A stretch of DNA of 64,000 bases, taken from assembly GCF_006345805.1 (NCBI RefSeq), contig NC_042997.1:48484001-48548000 (forward strand), read 5' to 3'. Shown piece by piece: positions 53,393 to 64,000 of this stretch. A model generated the notes under the pieces. That model worked only from the letters and a program-made list of their open reading frames with translations. It ran no database searches and was not told where the DNA came from. Positions within the stretch are counted from its first letter, which is position 1. Each line of letters begins with the position of its first letter. Both the position numbers and the translations under genes were made by a program. The DNA comes from Octopus sinensis (lineage: Eukaryota).

Positions 53393-54165
53393 TATATTTT
53401 GAAATATAGCGGTAACAGTCGGATTAAAGCAAATTATATAACTATACTACTACGTGATGCGAGATAGAATACAGCATGGTTTAAATTCTGCAACGTGCAG
53501 CTCTCTAGACTCACTCGACATGGTTCTAGCAATAAATGGTGAGAGTTGATGCAATATTTTCTTTTTGGTGAGAATAACGTAGCGTTCTCGGCGGCGTTGC
53601 AGAGAACAAAATATGATTTTTCTTCTTTCTTTTTCTTTTGTTGAAGGTGGGATTAACGAGATCCGAATAATTGTAATTTAAAATACCTTAGATACTTTAT
53701 GTCTGATATTTTGGGTGCTTCAATTAAAAAAACGTTGTATTCTGTTTCGAAAGACAATAGTCAGTGCTAATATTCAAGGTGAAACGTAGCTAATGTAGAA
53801 GAGGGAAGCAAAATGGTATCAAGATTTCTAGTCTGGAAAATAATAAGCCTCTATGAGCACATTCTTCTGATAATACGGACTTCATTGTTGATATGTGCAA
53901 TCCAACTTCGATTATTGTTCAAAGTTACAAGTAATTTTCTGATATCATTTCGCAGGAAAATATGGCGTTTTTCTTTCCTTTTGTTGTTGATTAAAGGAGA
54001 TGATTTTAAACAGTTCTACGTTTAGTAGTATGTTCTATATTTTCATTCATAGAATAACTGGAATGTCATCGAAATGGAGTTCTGTTCGGCAGAATGCACT
54101 CCCAATGGTGTCTGGAGCTGAGAGTCATTTGCAAACCCATACACACACACACACACACGCACACA

Positions 54166-54211
<46 letters not shown>

Positions 54212-54299
54212 TGTATATAATTAGTTTTTCTGCCAAACGACAAAGACGAAAAGAAGAAAGAAGAGTAAGAGAAAAAAAGGAAATAAAGAAGCGTGGATA

Positions 54300-54302
54300 T
54301 TA

Positions 54303-54387
<85 letters not shown>

Positions 54388-54429
54388 ACAAAGCGAGAGA
54401 CAGAGACGGACAGAAAGTCAGACAGACAA

Positions 54430-54517
<88 letters not shown>

Positions 54518-54527
54518 ATAAATAGAT
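54300..54527. repeat. (TA)n(GA)n(TAGA)n compound microsatellite
   Basis: Direct reading. Confidence 0.95.
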
Positions 54528-55164
54528 ACGTGTTTGCGTACCTACATAGTATTTTCTATCAAAATTTTCGTCGATCAGAATGGTGTTAGAAGACGCTTAT
54601 CCAAACCGTGAGAATAAGATCGAACCTGGGTAACATAAGAGAGAACCAAACATCTCACCTCAATGTCATATTTAGTAATTTTCAGTTACGTTCTCTTCTT
54701 TTACGTTCATTCGATGTTTGTATATTTTGCTATTGTTGAGTTCCAATACTATTTACTACTCTCGGAGTTTCATTAAACAGCAGCAAAACAGTAACGTTTC
54801 GCTTCAAAGTCTTGCACGTTGTTTTATTACACTTAACACTTTGCAAAGATAAACCCTTATTGTGTGAATTATTGGCGTCAAGAATTTATTGGGGAATTCT
54901 TCAGTAGATTCTGATTGATTGCTTAGTATTATTTTATAGGTTTCCTTTTTATTTCTGGCTTTCGGTTTACGAGATTTTTTTTTCTTTTTTTCTTATGGGA
55001 AGAAACGCAAGGTATCAGCTTGGCGAGAGTTATGAGATTAATTTTGAATAAGCAGGAATCAGAGAAAATATTTATATGCATACACAGACGCACACATACT
55101 CATACATGCTTACTCAAATAGATAGATAGATAGACAGATAAAGATAGATAGATAGATAGTTAGT

Positions 55165-55237
<73 letters not shown>

Positions 55238-55742
55238 TATATATATATCATATCAAAGGGAAATGGAATTTAATTAAGATTAAAATATTCAATCAAAATT
55301 TACATTTCCAGTGGCCTAACGTACAAGAAAAATTTAGTCAAGAAGACTATATATTAGTCATACGATATAGTGCATATTAGTACACATAAGGAATCCACTT
55401 AGCGTGAAATTCAACACATTAGAAAGAACAGCTTGGTTCTGTAAACCACAAAAATAAAGGATAAAATTCGACAGGAATAAATTTGGAAATGAAAAACATT
55501 TACCATCTAGTACCCCGGACCAATTGGTTTCTGATCTTCTTTTAGCAAGTCAGGGGGAACTCGCAAGGTCTGATCTTCTTCAGCAAGGTCCAGCCTAGGG
55601 TTAAACATATTCAACAGTAGACAAATACAGCTACTTGTCTCGTGTTCATATTTTTGTGGTTTACAGAACCTAGCTGTTCTTTCTAATGTGTTGGATTTCA
55701 CGCTAAGTGGATTCCTTATGTGTATAAATATGCACTATATCG

Positions 55743-55773
<31 letters not shown>

Positions 55774-55789
55774 CGATAGATAGACAGAC

Positions 55790-55795
55790 AGATAA

Positions 55796-55881
<86 letters not shown>

Positions 55882-55921
55882 TGATTGATTGATTGATTGA
55901 GTGATTGATTGATTGGTTGAT
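55790..55921. repeat. (TAGA)n(TTGA)n microsatellite
   Basis: Direct reading. Confidence 0.95.
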
Positions 55922-56687
55922 TAATATATAGATAATATTTGTATGCATATATTTATGTAGTAGCTGATGTGCCCAGTGATGCACGGGAAAGCGGGGCTTA
56001 TCTCTTGGTTCCGTTCTCATAATTGTTTCACTAATCTGATAACAACAACACAAAGTATGTAGCCCTTAAAACGGCTTTTGTGCATTTACAGAGAATACCA
56101 AACTCTCTCACACAGGATCTTGTTTTAAGGAATTCCCAATAAGTAATGAATACCCAAATACTAAATTGAATAACATGAAATTAGTTACCCGATAGTATGA
56201 ATTCAAATAAAGTAGCCCCGAAAAGCGCTTTAATGCGTTTTCATGGTATATAGAACATAGGAGAAAAATCTAATAAGGTATGTATACTAAGATCATGAAG
56301 CATTTTACGGAATAACAGGCTAATCAGATGTAAGATAACAATTAGAAGTAAATGACAGAAAGCACAAACGACAGCGAAATTAAAAGGTGCGGGCGAAAGG
56401 TGTTCCACCCTTTTAACTTTCTCTGTAGTTTGTACTCTGTGTAAGTTGGACCTATTAATATAAATATCTATTTATCTATACTTAACAATTCATGATCTGA
56501 AAGTCTCCACCTTTTATCTTCTCTCGTTTTGCATGTATACATATATATATATATATTTGGTATTTCATACCCAAACTATTATATTTGATATGTCTAATGT
56601 ATCTAATTTGTTTATCCTCATTATTGCCTCTCTCTCTCTCTCTGTCACTCTCTCACACACACACATACATATATGTATGTATATATA

Positions 56688-56909
56688 TTTCTTAACTACC
56701 CACAAGGGGCTAAACACAGAGGGGACAAACAAGGACAGACAAAGAGATTAAGTCGATTACATCGACCCCAGTGCGTAACTGGTACTTAATTTATCGACCC
56801 CTATAGGATGAAAGGCAAAGTCGACCTCGGCGGAATTTGAACTCAGAACATACGAAGTACCGCTAAGCATTTCGCCCGGCGCGCTTAACGTTTCTGCCAG
56901 CTCGCCGCC
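56688..56909 (-). mobile_element. SINE family C (same tail variant), young copy
   Basis: ccacaaggggctaaacacagaggggacaaac...gtcgacctcggcggaatttgaactcagaac...ctcgccgcc. Confidence 0.92.
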
Positions 56910-56912
56910 ATG

Positions 56913-56979
<67 letters not shown>

Positions 56980-57450
56980 TGTGTGTGGTGGGGGTCTGTA
57001 TGCGTATGTGTGTGTATGCACGGTGAAATCTGAACGGTTGTCATGTTATGTCTTCCAGCAAAACACTCATTTTCAATTTTCTTCACTCCACTGACTGAAA
57101 CTAAGTTTCATGTCATAGGATGGCTAATCCTGTAACGGATCTGTGTCGGTTCCAGTGGAAGTCTTCTAGTCTTCCTCGCTCAAAATCCACAGAACCTGAA
57201 TTAAATCCGTGTTAAACGGCCGGTTGCTCCCAGGTAGAGATTTATTTGATACGTAATATTTGTTCATGCAGTATACACATGCATGCATAAATATATCAAA
57301 TATACGCGCATACATATACGTGTATCTATGTATGTATGCATGCATGTATATATAGATAAATAAATATGGATGTGTATGCATACATGTGTGTACCTACGTA
57401 TTTACTTGCAAGTACATATATACATGTGTGTATGTGTATATATATATATA

Positions 57451-57677
57451 TTTCTTTACTACCTACAAGTGGCTAAACATAGACGGGACAAACAAGGACA
57501 GACAAAGGAATTAAGCCGATTACATCGACCCCGGTGCGTAACTGGTAATTAATTTATCGACCCCGAAAGGATGAAAGGCAAAGTCGACCTCGGCGGAATT
57601 TAAACACGGAACGTAACGACAGACGAAATACGGCTACGCACTTCGCCCTGCGTGCTGACGTTTCTGCCAGCTCGCCG
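57451..57677 (-). mobile_element. SINE family C (same tail variant)
   Basis: Same motifs as 53005-53238 and 56688-56909. Confidence 0.9.
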
Positions 57678-57722
57678 AAAAAAAAAATATATATGTGTGT
57701 GTGTGCGTGTGTGTGTGTGTAC

Positions 57723-57761
<39 letters not shown>

Positions 57762-57860
57762 CATATATTTACATGTACACATGTATTCACATTGAAAGAT
57801 ATATATATATAATATATATATATAATACACATATATATATATTTATATTTATATATATAC

Positions 57861-57941
<81 letters not shown>

Positions 57942-58195
57942 GGATGAAACGATAGAGAGAGAATTAGGGATATGTTTCAGAGCGATAATAACAGTCTTTA
58001 TTTTACACGTTCTTGGATCTTTTCACTGCTTTTGCCATATGCATAATGTTCGCTAATATGGATATTTCCTATCTCTTTGTACTCTCTAGTGATGTTATAA
58101 CACTCGTGTTACATTCTTGTTGCATCTGCAAAATACATGTGTTTAATATTATTTATTTCATGCACACCGCGCTCAGTGTATAAAAGGAATGATAC

Positions 58196-58310
58196 TGGTT
58201 TCAAACTTTGGTACAAAGCCAGAAATTTTAAGGTTAGAGGGACTAGTCGATTACATCGACACCAGTTTTCAGCTAGTATTTATTTTATCGACTTCGAAAG
58301 GATGAAAGTC
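58196..58310 (-). mobile_element. SINE family C fragment abutting the Penelope end
   Basis: ctagtcgattacatcgacaccag...tttatcgacttcgaaaggatgaaag. Confidence 0.75.
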
Positions 58311-58385
58311 TATATATGTATATATATAAGAAATTAAAAAAAGGAAAATACGCACACTTGCATGGTTATAATATAATTTTTAATG

Positions 58386-58418
58386 TATCGACCGGTTTCG
58401 CAATCGCTATTCATGATA
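58386..58418 (-). ncRNA. Minimal type I hammerhead-like motif (A3-U8 variant), intact copy
   Basis: uauc AUGAAUA gc gauu gc GAAAC cg GUC gaua; palindromic ACCGGU at stem III. Confidence 0.6.
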
Positions 58419-58711
58419 TAATGTTTAATTTATATGAATATATATTTTTTCTTAAGAAATTTGGTCCATGTTGTTTGTAATGAAATTCATGAACGTATGG
58501 TTTTACAAGTTGACAAGTAAAGGGAGGTAATTGGTTGTTATTATTGTTGTTGTGTGTAAGGGAGATAACTGTTTAGGTTTTGGGTTGGGAATAAATACGT
58601 GTACAGAAAGGAGACAGGTTTTAAAAAAAGGGACCTTGTTTAGTAGGGGATTTATGTACAGTGATGTAATATGTGAAAATATAAAAGTTAGTTATGCGTG
58701 CATATGAAGAC

Positions 58712-59817
58712 GCGTTTTTTTATTTTTGAGAGAAAAAAGTTTCTTTATTTAAGCTTTCTAGTTGAGAGATTGTGTCTTTGCACTGGTAGAAAGGGAAAAC
58801 TGTAAAATTTGGTTTGATTATACCTCCACATTTTTCTATGTGTTCACTAAGAGGAATTTGTCGGTATTGCGGGAAACGGATTTTTTCCTTATGCAGAGTG
58901 ATTCTCTTCCTCAAATTTAAACTCGTTTGTCCAATGTACTGATGATTGCAACCCGAACAGGTTATTACATTAATTAGGTTCTCAGAGGCACAGGTGAAAT
59001 TAGTTTTAATTGTGAACCTCTGTCCTTGTTTGAAAAGGAAATCCGAGCCTTCAAGCAGGTTGGGGCAGGTTCCACAGTTCGGGCGTCCACATTTTTCAAC
59101 CGTTGGTTTCGTGGTTGTTTTGTAAAGCTTCGCGTTTGTTAGTAGTCTCTTTAGCGATTTGTCTTGTTTTTTGCATTTGATGAGTTTGTGTGTTTTCAGG
59201 ATGTCGTTCATTTTTGGATCTCTAGTTAGTAAAGGGAGAGTTTGCACAATAGTGTTGAATGCCTCACTGTTTCTGGGGTTGTGTGTTGATATAAAAAGTA
59301 ATGTTTTGCTTTGAGGTGTGGTGCTATGTTTTTTGTTCTTAGTGTTTTTGTGTCTAATTGTTTGGCACGTTTAATTCCCTCGTCGATAAGAGAGGGTGGA
59401 TATTGTCTTTCAATAAGTGTTGTTTTGAGGTCTTGAAGATGAAGGTCCCGAGTTGTTCTTTCAGACACTATTGTGCAGATCCTTTTTGCTAACTTAAAAG
59501 GGATGTTTATTTTTATGTTTCGGGTGGCATGAGTTAAAAAGAAGATATGGTTTTGAGTCAGTTGGTTTATAATAAATGTCAGTTATGATTTCATTGACTT
59601 CTTTTATCATGATGTCTAAAAATGGAAGTTGTTCTTTATTATATTCCATTGTGAATTGAATGTTACTATTTATGGTCATTTAGTGTTGTTTTGAATTACA
59701 AAAGTTTATCGATCTTCTCCTTCCAGATGATAAAACAGTCATCCAGGTCTCGCTTCCAATTTTCTCTTATGTAGAGGTAAAATGGCTAACCATATTTCCT
59801 AAGTGATACTTCATATA
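58712..59817 (-). pseudogene. Penelope RT C-terminus + GIY-YIG, inverted arm
   Basis: WKRDLDDCFIIW, QFTMEYNKEQLPFLDI, YYKPTDSKPYLLFNSCHP, CGRPNCGTC, NVITCSGCNHQYIGQTS; frameshifts and stops. Confidence 0.92.
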
Positions 59818-59846
59818 CGATTACCAGCGAGGACATATTAAACGAA

Positions 59847-62800
59847 TTGAAAGAAAATAACTCAAATTTAGTTATTCTAACTAACAAAATGGATGGACTA
59901 AATTACCATACCCGAGAAGAAACGGAATTGGAACAAAGAAGATTATCTACAGAACAGGTTAGTCAAAATTTGAACAAAGTATGCACGACACTGCATTCAT
60001 TTTTGACAAATAATTTTGAAAAAGAATCATCAACAAATATAATTAAAAGTCGAGTTAACCATATTTGGTCTAAAAATCTCAACACAAGGAAATTTTCTTT
60101 TTGGAACATGATAAAAAATAACAATAAAGCAGAAATTTACGAAAAATGGAGTAACTCAGCACCGTTAATCCTACCACGCAAATTTCAAATTAAACCAATC
60201 CCAGAAGAACCAGAACAGCGAAGAAAACTTAGGGAGAAATTAGCATTAGAAAAATTAAAAAGAGAAATTGAGTTACTCAAACTCAGAGCTTCGAGTAACG
60301 AACAAAAATACAAAGAGATCGATGAGGAAATGCACTCCGAACTCACCAAACATGCTGAGCTGCAACGATGGGAAAACAGTATTAACTTCTTCCTCAATTA
60401 TGAAGCTCAATTTAAAAGAGACTACACTTCAGATAACCCCTTCATAACACAATCTAGAACAAAGGCATCTACACAAATAAATACACATCCACCTAAGATC
60501 AAACAATCAAAATCCAAAAGAACACAAACAGAGTAAAGTAACCCAACGCCTAGAGGTAAGCCATTCTCTGTCTAATAACAGGAACTACCCACCTATTAGA
60601 AACACCAGCCGAGAGTAAGAAGTGATAATTTATTCTACCCAGCATCTAGAAATATACAAGAGACCCCCTTTACCCCTCAACGAAGAAACATTATTAAGCA
60701 CCCCAACAATTCATTCCAACGAAGAAATCCTGACCACGTGCCCCCAACCAGTTTACCCAGGCAACAACACCAACCCCCCAGCTTCCCGAATATAATAAGT
60801 ACTAATAATACTGATTTAATTACAATAATAACACAAATAATAAATTCTACCAACCGAACTTCAATCAACATTTTTTAGACCAAGTGGAGAGAAACAGGGA
60901 CACACGTTGGAACAAAACTTACAGGAGAAACCCAAAGTCATTAACTTATCAAAGAAAACTCTATCCATAACAAAAATCAATATACTAGCCAAAGGTTGAA
61001 AGTTCACACCAACCCCATGAAGAGCTAACCATAATGAAATTAAAGACAATATTTCGGAAAACTACGACTCGCAGAAGCACTAACTGACTACGACAACGAA
61101 GATGAATCACTAGTCAAAAACAGAAGTAATTACCTTCCACATAAGGGTAGGAATAAAACACTGGATGACTTCTGCAACCATATCCAAAATTTTCCCTACA
61201 CATCCATTAAACGAAAAATTAATTCTAACCTCAACAATCTAGAATGGAAACATCTGACTGAACTACAAAACGACACAGACCTGACAATTAAAGAAGCTGA
61301 CAAAGGAAGTGCTGTAGTTCTGATGGACACAGAACGCTATAAAAAACTAGTACTTTCCATATTATAAAACGAGACCTTCTACGAAAAAATTATAAACTAT
61401 AAACAACAAAAAAACATGAAAAATCTTGCATCCTTAACTCTTCTACATGGAAAAGGCCTGACAGAAAAAGAAACAGACTACATCACGAACTTCAAATGTA
61501 AACCCAGTTTGTTTTATGGCCTCCCTAAAATACACAATTGCAAGGTAATCAATGAAGCCTGCAAACAATCACCAGGCAAATATATAAACATCCAAACGCC
61601 AGAAGACTTGGAGCCATTGTAGCTGGGCCAGCCTGTGAAACCCACCAACTGAGCAATTTTCTAGACATCCTAATGAAACCCTTGCTGAAATACATCAAAA
61701 GTTCATTAGGGATGATTTAGACATGTTAGAACACCTACGAAAAACGATTAATGAAGAGGCAGTATTGGTCACCCTCGATGTTATCAATTTTTTACACCAA
61801 CATCCCCCATGAATATGGAATAAAAGCAATTAAATTCTGGTTGGAAAAGTACCACCGAAGTCCCCCCGGAACGCATAAACCAGATCTTTATTATTGAATC
61901 CTTAAAATTTATATTTCAGAACAATTATTTCCTATTTGATGACACATACTATCGTCAGAAATGCGGAATTGCGATGGGGACGAAAGCAGCTCCTGTTCTT
62001 GCGAACCTAATAATGGGTTATTTTGAATTCACCTTATATGAAGTATCACTTCAGAAATATGGTTACCCATTTTACCTCTACATAAGAGAAAATTGGAAGC
62101 GATACCTGGATGTCTGCTTTATCATCTGGAAGGAGAAGATCGACAAACTTAACTGACATTTATTATAAACCAACTGACTCAAAACCATATCTTCTTTTTA
62201 ACTCATGCCACCCGAAACATAAAAATAAACATTCCTTTTAACTTAGCAAAAAGGATCTGCACAATAGTGTCTTAAAGAACAACTCGGGACCTTCGTCTTC
62301 AAGACCTCAAAACAACACTTATTGAAAGACAATATCCACCCTCTCTTATCGACGAGGGAATTAAATGTGCCAAACAATTAGACGCAAAAACACTAAGAAC
62401 AAAAAACATAGCACCACACCTCAAACCATAACATTACTTTTTATATCAACACACAACCCCAGAAACAGTGAGGCATTCAACACTAATGTGCAAACTCTCC
62501 CTTTACTAACTAGAGATCCAAAAAATGAACGACATCCTGAAAAAACACAAACTCATCAAATGCAAAAAACAAGACAAATCGCTAAAGAGACTACTAACAA
62601 ACGCGAAGCTTTACAAAACAACCACGAAACCAACGGTTGAAAAATGTGGACGCCCGAACTGTGGCACCTGCCCCAACCTGCTTGAAGGCTCGGATTTCCT
62701 TTTCAAACAAGGACAGAGGTTCACAATTAAAACTAATTTCACCTGTGCCTCTGAAAACCTAATTAATGTAATAACCTGCTCGGGTTGCAGTCATCAGTAC

Positions 62801-63019
62801 ATTGGACAAACGAGTTTAAATTTGAGGAAGAGAATCACTCTGCATAAAGAACAAATCCGTTTCCCGCAATACCGACAAATTCCTCTTAGTGAACACATAG
62901 AAAAATGTGGAGGTATCATCAAACTAAATTTTACAGTTTTCCCTTTCTACCAGTGCAAAGACACAATCTCTCAACTAGAACGCTTAAATAAAGAAACATT
63001 TGTCATTGAAAAATTTTAA
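59847..63019 (+). pseudogene. Penelope-like polyprotein pseudogene (N-terminal domain, RT, Cys linker, GIY-YIG), 5'-truncated
   Basis: VINLSKKTL...KFTPTP, IKEADKGSAVVLMD, FYGLPKIH, DVINF-YTNIP, GIAMGTKAAPVLANLIMG, WKRYLDVCFIIW, CGRPNCGTC, YIGQTS; many frameshifts and stops. Confidence 0.93.
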
Positions 63020-63299
63020 AAAACGCGTCTTCATATGCACGCATAACTAACTTTTATATTTTTACATATTACATCACTGTACATAAATCCCCTACTGTCT
63101 CCTTTCTGTACACGTATTTATTCCCCACCCAAAACCTAAACAGTTATCTCCCTTACACACAACAATAACAATAATAACAACCAATTACCTCTCTATACTT
63201 GTCACCTTGTAAAATCATTCACTCATGAATTTCATTACAAACAACATGGACCAAATTTCTTCTTAAGAAAAAATATATATTCATATAAATTAAACATTA

Positions 63300-63332
63300 T
63301 ATCATGAATAGCGATTGCGAAAACGGTCGATA
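63300..63332 (+). ncRNA. Minimal type I hammerhead-like motif (A3-U8 variant), C15.2 mutated to A
   Basis: uauc AUGAAUA gc gauu gc GAAAA cg GUC gaua. Confidence 0.5.
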
Positions 63333-63449
63333 CATTAAAAATTATATTATAACCATGTAAGTGTGCACATTTTCCTTTTTTAATTTCTTATATACATTAC
63401 AATCTACCACGTGGGGACAACTGAAATTCGTCTTTTCTTTTTCTGTTCC

Positions 63450-63514
<65 letters not shown>

Positions 63515-63518
<4 letters not shown>

Positions 63519-63973
63519 CGCATATTTGCCATTTGAATATGGATAACCCCTAAGGATGGATGCTACTGTAGTTTGTTGCCCCAGGAAGATACCTCCTCCA
63601 GCTGGCTATAGACACACTTTCTGTGTCCTATCAGTATTTGTGAAGGGAAGTCATCCTTCCCGTCTTCAACTTATGATACACACGGACTCGAGATTCAAGG
63701 TACTTACCTATCATCGGCGTGTGACAATCATAGTTGTCGATTAGAATTCAGTTTCCCTCACAAATACATATACTTTTTCCTGTGTCGATTGACACTGATA
63801 TTGAAAAAGTGAAATCAAACAATGATAAATCTCAGAGCGAGTTATAAACAGTACCGGTAACACATCGTGACGCATATTTGCCATTTGAATATGGCTAACC
63901 CCTAAGGGTGGATGCTACTGTAGTTTGTAGCCCCAGGAAGATACCTCCTCCAGCTGGCTATAGACACACTTTC
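63515..63973 (+). repeat. 107-bp direct repeat pair (63515-63621 and 63867-63973), 3 mismatches
   Basis: gtgacgcatatttgccatttgaatatgg...ctggctatagacacactttc occurs twice. Confidence 0.95.
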
Positions 63974-64000
63974 GTCGACAACTATGATTGAAACTCGAGT

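Larger units (their letters stand above)
58318..63394. mobile_element. Penelope-like retroelement with inverted 3' duplication (inverted arm 58318-59817; direct copy 59818-63394)
   Basis: 58318-59817 is the reverse complement of 62035-63394 at very high identity; RT and GIY-YIG motifs present. Confidence 0.95.

Overview
AT-rich, microsatellite-dense animal genomic DNA. The repeat complement resembles an Octopus-like cephalopod, but this is inferred from recognition of the SINE families, not from a search. No host protein-coding gene could be identified with confidence; only isolated exon-like segments were seen, mainly in a repeat-poor block at about 11.6-31.5 kb. The window is dominated by decayed mobile elements: (1) Penelope-like retroelements (RT + GIY-YIG), including a 5.1-kb copy at 58.3-63.4 kb built as a large inverted repeat, plus fragments at 1.15-2.2 kb and 9.3-10.3 kb; (2) two defective Tc1/mariner DNA transposons; (3) about 20 copies of three tRNA-derived SINE families; (4) LINE-like 3' ends. 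The most notable signal is a set of type I hammerhead-ribozyme motifs of at least three, possibly four, distinct sequence types. These include a variant with an A3-U8 core covariation at Penelope 3' ends (3 copies) and a pair carried on the two arms of a near-perfect 333-bp fold-back palindrome. Most ORFs in the supplied track are microsatellite artefacts.
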